A stretch of 10,131 bases of DNA from Candidatus Odinarchaeota archaeon (GCA_038826135.1 JAWBON010000042.1:1-10131); one strand, 5' to 3'; shown: positions 1-8,094, counted from the first letter of the stretch. The notes: generated by a model not told the origin, from the letters alone. Translations and numbers: made by a program.

Positions 1-2
1 TC

Positions 3-137
3 TTACCTACCGGTGACATGATTCAAAAAGTAATTCTGAAAAAACCTAGGGGTTTAAATATTAACGTTGACACAGTGCAGCTGGAAAACCTTGTTTATAG
101 TCTGACAGGTAATACAGTGCGCCTCTCATTTGAATAA
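3..137 (+). CDS. 3' end of a probable NusA-like KH-domain RNA-binding protein (5'-truncated by the window edge)
   Basis: My translation of frame +3 is open from base 3 to TAA 135-137: LPTGDMIQKVILKKPRGLNINVDTVQLENLVYSLTGNTVRLSFE*. The '...LE.LV..LTG..VRLSF.' ending resembles the C-terminus of the archaeal NusA-like KH protein that I recall lying upstream of aspS in several archaea. Family assignment is from memory and from 44 aa only. Confidence 0.55.
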   Translation, partial: LPTGDMIQKVILKKPRGLNINVDTVQLENLVYSLTGNTVRLSFE

Positions 138-155
138 CTTAAACCTAACTCATCT

Positions 156-164
156 GGTGGTGGG
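156..164 (+). promoter_or_regulatory. Shine-Dalgarno-like ribosome binding site for aspS
   Basis: GGTGGTGGG, similar to archaeal GGAGGTGAT. A GGTGG core lies 4 nt before ATA (165), and a second one lies 4 nt before ACG (168). Confidence 0.6.
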
Positions 165-1460
165 ATAACGTATAGAACCCATTTGTCAAAAGATATACAT
201 CCTTCTATGGCAGGTCAGAAAGTTAAGTTACTAGGCTGGGTTGAAATAAAAAGAGACCTAGGTAAAATAAAATTTATCATACTTAGAGATTATAAAGGGA
301 GATTACAGGTAACCTTCCCCCCTGATGTAAGTAAAGAATTAACCGATACTTTTAATCGCTTAGGACGGGAGGATGTTATCTCAATATCCGGTATAGTTAA
401 AAATATGCCGCAAGCTCCAAAAGGTGTTGAAATACTCCCGGAAGAGATAAAAATAATAAATAAATCCATATCCCCACTACCTCTTGAATTAACAGGTAAG
501 GTGAAAGTTGAACTCGACACTCGATTAGATAATCGCATACTCGATCTGCGAACCGCTAGATCTAACGCCATATTCAAAATAAATAATGTAGTTTTAACAG
601 CTGTTAGAAACTTTTTTGTTGAAAACGAATTTATAGAGATTCACACACCTAAAATAATAGCAAGCGCTACTGAAGGTGGAACAGAACTTTTTCCAGTAGC
701 ATACTTTGACAAAGAGGCTTTCCTCGCTCAGAGCCCTCAGCTATACAAGGAACAGTTAACATCAGTTTTCGAAAAAGTTTACGAGATCGCCCCTGTCTTC
801 CGAGCTGAGGAGTCAAACACTACTAGACATCTTTCAGAGATAGTAATGCTCGACGTGGAGGCTGCATTCACAGACTACGATGATATCATGAATCTTTGTG
901 AACGTCTCTTAGACCAGGTTTTCGCAGAAGTTATATCGAAATGCAGTGAAGAGCTGGCAGCATTAAAACAAAAGTTAACCAGGCCTAAAATACCTTATAA
1001 AAGATACACGTACAGTGAAGTTATAGAGATTTTATCAAATAACGGTGTTGAAATAAAATGGGGGGATGATATAGACACGTTGGCTTTAAGAAAACTCGGT
1101 GAACTTTTAAAAGAACCATATTTTATAAAAGACTGGCCAACCGAGGGTAAACCATTCTATATAGCACCCCGCAGTGATAAACCTGAAATAAGCGAGTCGT
1201 TTGATTTAATGTGCGGCTGGCTGGAAATAGCTTCAGGCGGTACACGTATACATCAAAAAGATTTGTTAATAAATCGAATAAGAGAGAAAGGTATGAGACC
1301 TGAATCCTTCGATTTCCATATTAAAACCTTTGATTGGGGTATGCCGCCTCACGCAGGCTGCGGGATCGGTTTAGCACGTTTACTTATGGCGCTTACAGGC
1401 CTAGATAATATAAGGGAAGCTGTTCTATTTCCACGTGATAGGTATAGGTTAACACCCTAA
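165..1460 (+). CDS. aspS: Archaeal aspartyl-tRNA synthetase, probably non-discriminating (Asp/Asn)
   Basis: Has an OB-fold anticodon domain (GWVEIKRDLGKIKFIILRD), class II motif 1 (FIEIHTPKI), AQSPQLYK, motif 2 (FRAEESNTTRHLSE), motif 3 (PPHAGCGIGLARL) and the typical FPRD..RLTP end. The conserved N-terminal YRTH lies at 171-182, upstream of the track's TTG at 183, so I moved the start to ATA 165 (alternative ACG 168). Confidence 0.97.
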   Translation: MTYRTHLSKDIHPSMAGQKVKLLGWVEIKRDLGKIKFIILRDYKGRLQVTFPPDVSKELTDTFNRLGREDVISISGIVKNMPQAPKGVEILPEEIKIINKSISPLPLELTGKVKVELDTRLDNRILDLRTARSNAIFKINNVVLTAVRNFFVENEFIEIHTPKIIASATEGGTELFPVAYFDKEAFLAQSPQLYKEQLTSVFEKVYEIAPVFRAEESNTTRHLSEIVMLDVEAAFTDYDDIMNLCERLLDQVFAEVISKCSEELAALKQKLTRPKIPYKRYTYSEVIEILSNNGVEIKWGDDIDTLALRKLGELLKEPYFIKDWPTEGKPFYIAPRSDKPEISESFDLMCGWLEIASGGTRIHQKDLLINRIREKGMRPESFDFHIKTFDWGMPPHAGCGIGLARLLMALTGLDNIREAVLFPRDRYRLTP

Positions 1461-2788
1461 TAACCTACCTCGTAGAAAGCGGATTTTTTAAGAAACTCCC
1501 TCACAACCACAGTAGCATAACAGCCTTTTTCAAGATCAAAACACAACCAGGCAGCGCGCTCACCTTCATCGTATTCAATCTCAAAATTATAAACTGGGGA
1601 AAGTATCATCCTATAATCCCCAGGACTTGAAAGACTTGGCGCCTCTTCTATGTAGAAGTCTTCAAACTTAATTTTCTCATTATTTAAAATTTTTAGAACG
1701 CACTCCCCTGTCTCTCCATCAGGTAGTTTACTATCATATCCAATTACTGGTAGAACAACCCTGTATTTGCCTGACTTAACCTTAGAGTTAACATCACCTA
1801 ACTCCCCACTCATAACCCGCCGGTATTTAGGGAATCCGTTAACACTCTCGAGGATAATATCCCCTTTAACAGCCTCATTTAACGGTATGTTTTTTCCCCA
1901 TCTTTCACTGAGTGTTAAATTAAAAAGATAGGATTGATACGAGTGGACGAATAGTCTGGAAATATTTTTAGAAAGTGTTAGAAAACAGCCTTTATAATCT
2001 CCCGGCTTCTTCTTCAAGTATTTAAGCATCGCAGATTCGTAAAATAAGAAACCAGGCGCTCTACTATCAACCCCTTCTTCAAGCTGGCTGAGAATATTTT
2101 CTCTAAAATTTTTACCGCTCTCAGACTCACGAACACCTTTAAAAGTTAGGAATAATTTAACAGCGTCTTCGAATCTTCTTCTCAATATCAGTTTTCCAAT
2201 CTGATGGTTTACACATCTTATTGTTCCGAACCGCTGATGACCGTAGAAATTAGGCACACCACCCAGTTTGAAAATTTCCTCCCGTATTAACAGGAGTTTA
2301 TCCCTCATATTCTCTTCATCATCGGCGAATACCAGTTTTATTTTAAAACCGTTTCCTCCAAGATCGCCTATCATTATATTCTGCTTATTATATGTTAAAT
2401 CTTTGATTTTAATCATTTCATGTTTAAAATTCTTCAATTTATCTAGAAACCCTCCTGGAACACTAATTCTCTGAGCGGTTTTAGCGAATTTATCCTTCAA
2501 ACCAGCGTAAGATAAGAATTTAAGCCGGATACCCGTTCTCTTAGAGATCACACGAAGAGCTGCTGGCGTATCATAACCTTCCTTAACTAATGTGAAATGA
2601 ATAAACCTCTCTTTCTCCCCTAACCTAAAAGTCTCTCCGTCAACACACCATTTAAAACCGTTTTTATCAATCTCCTCCACTATGAACTCTCCAGGAGTTC
2701 TTCTTATTCTACCCTTCAAGCCTTCGCAGGATGTAGCGTAAAAATTCATCCCCATAATCCGCTCATACACTGGTGTTAACACCCGCAA
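1457..2788 (-). CDS. truD: tRNA pseudouridine(13) synthase TruD/Pus7
   Basis: Catalytic motif YAGLKDK.A.T.Q, GN.F.I.L, and PNFYGHQRFG; C-terminal F.L.KG.YAT.VVRE. TTG start at 2788 is preceded by AGGTGTGA, which overlaps the pth2 stop. GTG at 2782 is an alternative start with better SD spacing. Confidence 0.95.
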   Translation of the reverse strand: MRVLTPVYERIMGMNFYATSCEGLKGRIRRTPGEFIVEEIDKNGFKWCVDGETFRLGEKERFIHFTLVKEGYDTPAALRVISKRTGIRLKFLSYAGLKDKFAKTAQRISVPGGFLDKLKNFKHEMIKIKDLTYNKQNIMIGDLGGNGFKIKLVFADDEENMRDKLLLIREEIFKLGGVPNFYGHQRFGTIRCVNHQIGKLILRRRFEDAVKLFLTFKGVRESESGKNFRENILSQLEEGVDSRAPGFLFYESAMLKYLKKKPGDYKGCFLTLSKNISRLFVHSYQSYLFNLTLSERWGKNIPLNEAVKGDIILESVNGFPKYRRVMSGELGDVNSKVKSGKYRVVLPVIGYDSKLPDGETGECVLKILNNEKIKFEDFYIEEAPSLSSPGDYRMILSPVYNFEIEYDEGERAAWLCFDLEKGCYATVVVREFLKKSAFYEVGY

Positions 2789-2794
2789 TCACAC

Positions 2795-3157
2795 CTATAA
2801 TAAAGGTAAATTCCCAGTTAATTTATCAATTATAACAGAAGGAGCTGGCCCTATCCCTAGAGCGGTAACCGTACCAGGAGGGACCTCTGTTAAACCACGA
2901 TCCTCTATAATCGCATGAGGGATATCATTGTTTTTAGCTTTTATTTTAAGGGCTAAAAGTTCATCAAGACTCTTAACTTTAACAGCAACCTTTCTCTGCC
3001 CCTCATTTAACCATTCTAACCACCATTTAACGTATCGCCTCCTAGCCTCCTCACTTGAAGCTACAGCGGCGTGCGCTGCTTGAACAGCTATTTTTCCACG
3101 GCTCATATTAAGATCCATGCGGATAACCAGAATCTGTTTATATTGAAACTCACTCAT
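2795..3157 (-). CDS. pth2: Peptidyl-tRNA hydrolase 2 (archaeal/eukaryotic type)
   Basis: KQILVIRMDLNMSRGKIAVQAAHAA, GQRKVAVKV, and IEDRGLTEVPPGTVTALGIGP...IDKLTGNLPLL. SD GGGATGAT lies 5 nt before the ATG. Confidence 0.97.
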   Translation of the reverse strand: MSEFQYKQILVIRMDLNMSRGKIAVQAAHAAVASSEEARRRYVKWWLEWLNEGQRKVAVKVKSLDELLALKIKAKNNDIPHAIIEDRGLTEVPPGTVTALGIGPAPSVIIDKLTGNLPLL

Positions 3158-3239
3158 ATAGAATCATCCCTTTTATTATCACTAGCATAATAGTAATTAA
3201 CTATTAATTATCTTTTGAAAATATTTACTTTAACAAAAA

Positions 3240-3245
3240 GGAGGT
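3240..3245 (+). promoter_or_regulatory. Shine-Dalgarno site for the GGR-family gene
   Basis: GGAGGT, 6 nt upstream of an in-frame CTG at 3252. Confidence 0.7.
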
Positions 3246-3251
3246 TTCAAA

Positions 3252-4454
3252 CTGACCGCTCAAATATATATAGTAGGCGGCGGGCCTGCAGGATGTTTAT
3301 TAGCAGGTAAACTCGCAAGCAGCGGGGTGGAGGTTACATTATTCGAAGAGCATACGGAGATAGGTAGACCAGACCACTGTGCAGGTTTAGTTGGCTGTAA
3401 AAACTTTAATAAATTATATAATCCTCCTAAAAAAATTATAAGAAACACGGTGAAGGGTGCGGTGATACATTACGATCAAGGTCAAATACTTATATCCAGA
3501 AATATTGAAGAAGCTTACGTTATAGATCGAGCTGGATTAGACCAGTATCTGGCTTGTAAAGCAGTTGAAAAAGGAGCTCGGATAAGACTTAATCAACGTG
3601 TAAAACACTACGTTAAAAAAAACGGTTTTTTCAAGCTTTTTTCAGCAAGCGGGGAAGTTTACCCCGGAGCAAATATAATAGTGAATACCGCTGGTGTAAA
3701 CGGTCTTTTATCAAGAAACCTCAATCACAATATTAAATATTCTAAAATAGTTCCAGGTATTCAATACGAGTTAAATAATGTTAAAGATATTTCGAAAGAT
3801 ACTGTGGAACTATATTTTAATAATAACTTGACTCCTGGTTTTTTCAGCTGGATAATTCCGTTAGACGAAGAGAGTGTGAGAGTCGGTTTAGCCGCGCATG
3901 GCTCTAAACTGGAAAATAGGCTTCAATATTTTATTAGAAAGATAGTCTTCAACACTAACCGGTTTAAAAAATCCAGGATAACCGCTATTAAAAAAGGTTT
4001 AATAATAACAGGCGGCCCTTTAAATAAAACCTATTATGATGGTGAAATACTTATAGGAGACGCGGCTGCGCAGGTGAAACCGGTAACTGGAGGAGGCTTA
4101 AACCTGGCAGGGTTATGCGCAACAATTGCAGCTGAGATATTAATTAGAGCTGTTGAAGAGAAAGATTTTTCAAGCACTCTCCTATCAAGATATCAGGCTG
4201 GTTGGCGCTGTATTCTCAGCAGAGAATTAAAATATACAAGGTATGTTAGACTTCTCTTAGACAGACTGGATAATACTCGCTTAGCTGAATTTTTTAATAA
4301 GATAAAAGATAATCGCCTAGAATCATCTCTTATATTAGAGGGTGATATTGATTTCCAATCGCAGGCTATAAAATCAGTTATGAAAAACCCCAGATTTCTT
4401 AAACTCGCACCGTTGATATTTTTAGCTCTTTCTAAACACTTCTTAAATCTGTAA
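3252..4454 (+). CDS. Geranylgeranyl reductase-family FAD-dependent oxidoreductase (DGGGPL-reductase-like), about 400 aa
   Basis: The frame is open upstream of the track start (3327) and encodes the FAD-binding Rossmann motif IYIVGGGPAG (3264-3293). It also has HCAG, DRAGLD, PGFFSWIIP (PxxYxWxFP-like) and GDAAAQVKPVTGGG. Inferred start is CTG 3252 behind GGAGGT. Substrate specificity is not determinable. Confidence 0.88.
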   Translation: MTAQIYIVGGGPAGCLLAGKLASSGVEVTLFEEHTEIGRPDHCAGLVGCKNFNKLYNPPKKIIRNTVKGAVIHYDQGQILISRNIEEAYVIDRAGLDQYLACKAVEKGARIRLNQRVKHYVKKNGFFKLFSASGEVYPGANIIVNTAGVNGLLSRNLNHNIKYSKIVPGIQYELNNVKDISKDTVELYFNNNLTPGFFSWIIPLDEESVRVGLAAHGSKLENRLQYFIRKIVFNTNRFKKSRITAIKKGLIITGGPLNKTYYDGEILIGDAAAQVKPVTGGGLNLAGLCATIAAEILIRAVEEKDFSSTLLSRYQAGWRCILSRELKYTRYVRLLLDRLDNTRLAEFFNKIKDNRLESSLILEGDIDFQSQAIKSVMKNPRFLKLAPLIFLALSKHFLNL

Positions 4455-4568
4455 GCTAACAGTAAGATTTTTAAACCAAATAGTTAAATGTATTCAAACT
4501 GATAAGCGCATACAGAGAGGTTTCGTATTCTATAAAATCTAAGATGTGTATTCTCGGAGGAAATATTT

Positions 4569-4745
4569 ATGGAAGAGGTTGAAAGCCCACTATGCTCTTG
4601 TTGCGGTCACGTAATCCCCCCGGATAATAAGGCAGTTCACTTCTCATGCCCTAATTGCGGTGAGATTACGATATGGCGTTGTGAGAGATGCAGACAGTTT
4701 TCAAACGCGTATAAATGTTTCAAATGCGGGTTTGAGGGGCCTTGA
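4569..4745 (+). CDS. Small Zn-ribbon/zinc-finger protein (DUF1610 / HVO_2753-like), 58 aa; not in the ORF track
   Basis: My translation: [58 protein letters not shown]. Four CxxC knuckles and the C-terminal CGFEGP; GGAGG at 4556-4560. This family is conventionally found directly upstream of archaeal EF-1beta. Confidence 0.92.
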   Translation: MEEVESPLCSCCGHVIPPDNKAVHFSCPNCGEITIWRCERCRQFSNAYKCFKCGFEGP

Positions 4746-4758
4746 AGAGATGATTTAT

Positions 4759-5025
4759 ATGGGGAAGGTTCTAGCTGTTTTAAATATTATCCCACAAGAC
4801 CCAAATGTCAACCTGACAGTTGTAAGCGAACGAATAAAGAGTAAACTGCCTAGTAATATAAAATACCGTGACTCTAAGATTGAACCTTTAGCATTCGGGC
4901 TTGACACTTTAAAAATAGGTTTCATACTAGACGACAGTGAAGGCGGTACGGATCAACTAGAAGAATTAATTAAAAACATAGACGGTGTAGGGGAAGTGAC
5001 AGTAGAGCATTTAACGCTTATTTAA
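4759..5025 (+). CDS. ef1b: Translation elongation factor EF-1beta (aEF-1B), 88 aa
   Basis: MGKVLAVLNIIP...EPLAFGLDTLKIGFILDDSEGGTDQLEE. The start is set at ATG 4759 behind the SD-like GAGATGAT. The longer track ORF (4660) overlaps the Zn-finger gene. Confidence 0.95.
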   Translation: MGKVLAVLNIIPQDPNVNLTVVSERIKSKLPSNIKYRDSKIEPLAFGLDTLKIGFILDDSEGGTDQLEELIKNIDGVGEVTVEHLTLI

Positions 5026-5264
5026 TATTTTCAATTATAATTTTCATATGCATCTGTTTCCTGTAAAAAACTATTTTTATAGAGTTCACTAAAAATTTTA
5101 AAACCTAAAATATAGATGTTTCATTATACCATGTTTTCAAGAAGTTTTTAGATGAAAATATACGTTATCGTTAAATCCGTAAACTGTTTAAAATATAAAA
5201 TAAATATTATTGTATACTCAATAAGCCTGCGGCTGTATTTTTCAATAATGGAGGCACATGTTTC

Positions 5265-7427
5265 ATGGAAGTGTCCCTGCGCGTTTACGAAGCTTATCCT
5301 AAAGATGTGGGAAGGTTTGTTATACGATTACATAAAAAAATACTTAAAAGCTTAGGTATAACCCCGGGGGATATAATCGAGATCCGTGGGCGGAGGAGAA
5401 GCGCAGGTATCGCGCACCCCCTCTCCCAAGAGGATACAAAGGATAACATAGTTAGAATAGACGGGATTATGAGGAAAAATCTAAGGGTCGGGATAGGGGA
5501 TAATGTAATAATTAAAAAAATCGACGAACAGGCAGCTAAAACTATTATTTTAGCCCCTCTTTACAAATTAAGTGAAGGTGAAGTTTCACCTGAATATGTT
5601 AAAGAGAAATTGTTAAACTACCCGGTATGTGGCGGGGATGTTCTCCTAATCCAGCTTGGCATCAATAGAGAGGTTAAATTCAAAGTATCAAGCACCGCAC
5701 CATCAGATATAGTGGTGGTGAGGACTGGTACTAAACTAATTATTTCAAACGAAATCCCTGATGAAACCGGTAAAATACCGTATATAACATACGAGGATAT
5801 AGGCGGATTTAAAAAATCTATAAGAAAAATAAGGGAGATGATAGAGCTACCCTTAAAGTACCCGTCACTTTTTAGTAAATTAGGCGTGGAGCCGCCTAAA
5901 GGTGTCCTAATTCATGGACCGCCCGGATCTGGAAAAACACTTCTAGCCCAGGCTGTGGCTAATGAGTCTAACGCTCATTTTATATCAATAAACGGGCCTG
6001 AAATAATGAGTAAATATTACGGTGAATCTGAGAAGAGACTTAGAGAAATATTTACGGAGGCTGAGAGAAACGCGCCAAGTATAATATTCATCGATGAATT
6101 AGACGCTATAGCACCTAGAAGAGAGGATACTATTGGCGAAGTGGAGCGTAGAGTTGTAGCTCAGCTACTCACTTTAATGGACGGGATTAAATCACGCGGC
6201 TCGATTATAGTTATAGGGGCTACAAACAGAGTTAACGCGATTGATCCGGCTCTCAGAAGACCTGGAAGATTTGACAGAGAAATCGAGCTCGGTGTACCAG
6301 ACTATGATGAACGTCTTGAAATACTGCAAATCCATACTAGGGGGATGCCCCTTGATAAATCCGTCAACATATCGAAGATAGCTGAACTCACCTACGGTTT
6401 TGTAGGAGCAGATCTAGCGGCTCTATGCAGGGAGGCTGGAATGAGAGTTATGCAAAGAATGTTATCGAATATAGAACTGGATGAGGATTTTTTATCCAGT
6501 AAAATAGTGGATCAGATAACTGTAACAGAGCACGATTTCATAGAAGCTTTAAGAGAGATAACACCGAGCGCTTTAAGAGAAATATGTATTGAAAAACCTC
6601 AGACTAAATGGAGTAATATAGGCGGCTTAGAATCTGTTAAGAAAAAACTGTTAGAGGCTGTTACGCTTACATTAAGCAAATCCTCCACTTTTAAAGAGTT
6701 CGGGTTGACACCCTATAATGGAATACTAGTTTACGGCCCACCAGGTTGCGGTAAAACCGTGCTTATAAGAGGCTTAGCTAACGAGGTTAATGCAAACTAT
6801 ATTGAAGTGAAAGGAGCTGAACTGTTATCAAAATGGGTTGGTGAAACAGAGAAAGCTATAGGTGAAATATTCAGAAAGGCTAAAAGCGCCTCCCCCTGCA
6901 TAATTTTCTTTGATGAAATAGATACCGTCGGCTCTATTCGCGTTACTGGAAGCGGCCCAGCTGATAAAATTGTTAACCGTCTTATCGCTGAAATAGATAA
7001 TATAGCATCCCACCAGAAAATCATAGTCATAGGCGCGACCAATCGCCCCGACTCGCTGGACCCTGCTTTAATCAGGTCGGGTAGATTCGACCTTGTGATT
7101 TCAATCCCCCCACCAGACTTCAAAGAAAGACTAGAAATCCTTAAAATATGCACCGCTAAGATAAATATGGATCGGAAGGTTAATTTAGAGGAGATAGCGA
7201 AGATAACAGAGGACTATGTAGGAGCGGACCTCCACGCTTTGTGCAGGGAGGCTGCTATAATCTCGCTTAGGGAAGAGAAAAACGAGAAAACTGTTAGAAG
7301 AGAACACTTCGAGGGCGCTCTTAAAACAATACACCCGTCTTTAAGTAAAGATATGATTGAATGGTATAAAACATTTGAGAAGAAATTTTCTAAAGTGATT
7401 AGCGATTATAAAACTCATATAGTGTAG
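5265..7427 (+). CDS. cdc48: Cdc48/VCP/p97-family double-ring AAA+ ATPase
   Basis: N-domain (EAYPKDVGR...RIDG..RKN..VGIGD.V). D1: [36 protein letters not shown]2: [46 protein letters not shown] at 5250-5254. Confidence 0.96.
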   Translation: MEVSLRVYEAYPKDVGRFVIRLHKKILKSLGITPGDIIEIRGRRRSAGIAHPLSQEDTKDNIVRIDGIMRKNLRVGIGDNVIIKKIDEQAAKTIILAPLYKLSEGEVSPEYVKEKLLNYPVCGGDVLLIQLGINREVKFKVSSTAPSDIVVVRTGTKLIISNEIPDETGKIPYITYEDIGGFKKSIRKIREMIELPLKYPSLFSKLGVEPPKGVLIHGPPGSGKTLLAQAVANESNAHFISINGPEIMSKYYGESEKRLREIFTEAERNAPSIIFIDELDAIAPRREDTIGEVERRVVAQLLTLMDGIKSRGSIIVIGATNRVNAIDPALRRPGRFDREIELGVPDYDERLEILQIHTRGMPLDKSVNISKIAELTYGFVGADLAALCREAGMRVMQRMLSNIELDEDFLSSKIVDQITVTEHDFIEALREITPSALREICIEKPQTKWSNIGGLESVKKKLLEAVTLTLSKSSTFKEFGLTPYNGILVYGPPGCGKTVLIRGLANEVNANYIEVKGAELLSKWVGETEKAIGEIFRKAKSASPCIIFFDEIDTVGSIRVTGSGPADKIVNRLIAEIDNIASHQKIIVIGATNRPDSLDPALIRSGRFDLVISIPPPDFKERLEILKICTAKINMDRKVNLEEIAKITEDYVGADLHALCREAAIISLREEKNEKTVRREHFEGALKTIHPSLSKDMIEWYKTFEKKFSKVISDYKTHIV

Positions 7428-7439
7428 GAGATGAACACG

Positions 7440-7703
7440 ATGTGCGCGAGTTTCTGGGAGAGTACCCTGTCTAAGAATAATGTATTATCTATACTTGCTA
7501 AACGACAAGGTGTAATATTAGACGATGAACTTTACATGATACTTAAAAAAGACTATCCGGACCTATCATATAAGGAGCTTAATCGTATGCTTATGGAACT
7601 TGAGATACAAGGTCTAATATATGTCTCACAGATTACAAAAACTAAGAGAAGAGTGGAATTGGTTAAAGAAGGTCAAGAGTTTCTAGGAGTCGGTGAAGAT
7701 TAA
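7440..7703 (+). CDS. Small winged helix-turn-helix protein downstream of cdc48, function unknown
   Basis: The pattern helix-helix-(LSYKELNRMLMELEIQGLIYV)-beta wing (TKTKRRVELV) fits a wHTH fold, followed by the tail GQEFLGVGED. SD-like GGAGATGA (7427-7434) overlaps the cdc48 stop and favours ATG 7440; ATG 7431 is in frame and is the alternative. Confidence 0.8.
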   Translation: MCASFWESTLSKNNVLSILAKRQGVILDDELYMILKKDYPDLSYKELNRMLMELEIQGLIYVSQITKTKRRVELVKEGQEFLGVGED

Positions 7704-7765
7704 TATCGCAAAGATAAAGATTAAATATTAAACAGGTATTAGAACGAGTGTAAAAGGTGGTTGAC

Positions 7766-7927
7766 ATGCCGATAACCGATGCTGATAAAAAATATATTGC
7801 AGCCCACTCATTACTATACGTTAATGTATGTAGAAAGTGTGGTGCTCGTAATCCTTTGAATAATAAAAAATGCAGGCGCTGCAAGTCTCCAGTTTTACGA
7901 CCTAAGAAAAGAGAAATAGGAAAGTAA
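7766..7927 (+). CDS. rpl40e: 50S ribosomal protein L40e (eL40), 53 aa; not in the ORF track
   Basis: My translation: MPITDADKKYIAAHSLLYVNVCRKCGARNPLNNKKCRRCKSPVLRPKKREIGK*. Contains the CRKCGARNP...CRRC...LRPKK signature; SD AGGTGG at 7755-7760. It is stand-alone, with no ubiquitin fusion. Confidence 0.95.
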   Translation: MPITDADKKYIAAHSLLYVNVCRKCGARNPLNNKKCRRCKSPVLRPKKREIGK

Positions 7928-7974
7928 ACTTTAACATGAACCTGTAGCCTGAACTTTAAGCAGCCGCTAACGCA

Positions 7975-7984
7975 TTTCTTTTTT
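7975..7984 (+). terminator. Putative oligo-T terminator after rpl40e
   Basis: TTTCTTTTTT about 50 nt after the rpl40e stop and immediately before the tRNA promoter. Archaeal intrinsic termination occurs at U-tracts. Confidence 0.4.
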
Positions 7985-7998
7985 AAAATCTTATATAA
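7985..7998 (+). promoter_or_regulatory. BRE/TATA promoter of tRNA-Val
   Basis: AAAATC followed by TTATATAA (7991-7998), ending 28 nt upstream of tRNA base 1. Confidence 0.6.
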
Positions 7999-8071
7999 AC
8001 TACTTAACAATATTATATGTTAGGTTGGGCGGGTGGTCTAGGGGTTATGACGCCGCCCTCACACGGCGGAG

Positions 8072-8094
8072 ATTAAAACTGATTTAAACCGCAA
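8072..8094 (+). other. tRNA intron A (23 nt) at position 45/46
   Basis: BHB-like motif: exon GCGG (40-43) pairs with CCGC 8089-8092; 5' bulge AG^A; 3' bulge AA^N; inner stem TT-A-AAA(CTGA)TTT-A-AA. Confidence 0.7.

Noticed and set aside
135-164. The KH-protein gene and aspS are in the same frame, separated by one TAA (possible read-through fusion)
   Set aside because: This has a one-in-three chance of occurring, UAA is rarely read through, and an SD lies just before aspS.
290-577. 95-aa minus-strand ORF
   Set aside because: Antisense shadow inside aspS with no recognisable motif.
2268-2474. 68-aa plus-strand ORF
   Set aside because: Antisense shadow inside truD.
3260-3448. 62-aa minus-strand ORF
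   Set aside because: Antisense to the conserved FAD-binding N-terminus of the GGR-family gene.
4660-4758. N-terminal extension of EF-1beta in the ORF track
   Set aside because: It overlaps the well-supported Zn-finger gene in another frame, and EF-1beta homology begins at MGKV (4759).
5152-5355. 67-aa plus-strand ORF
   Set aside because: AT-rich promoter sequence running 91 nt into cdc48 in another frame, with no convincing SD or motif.
6797-7153. Two minus-strand ORFs (118 aa and 61 aa)
   Set aside because: Antisense shadows of the cdc48 D2 domain.
7928-7974. Possible C/D-box sRNA after rpl40e (ATGAAC...CTGA)
   Set aside because: No proper RUGAUGA C box and no terminal D box with correct spacing.
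7663-8010. 115-aa minus-strand ORF
   Set aside because: Antisense to rpl40e and spans the tRNA promoter; no motif.
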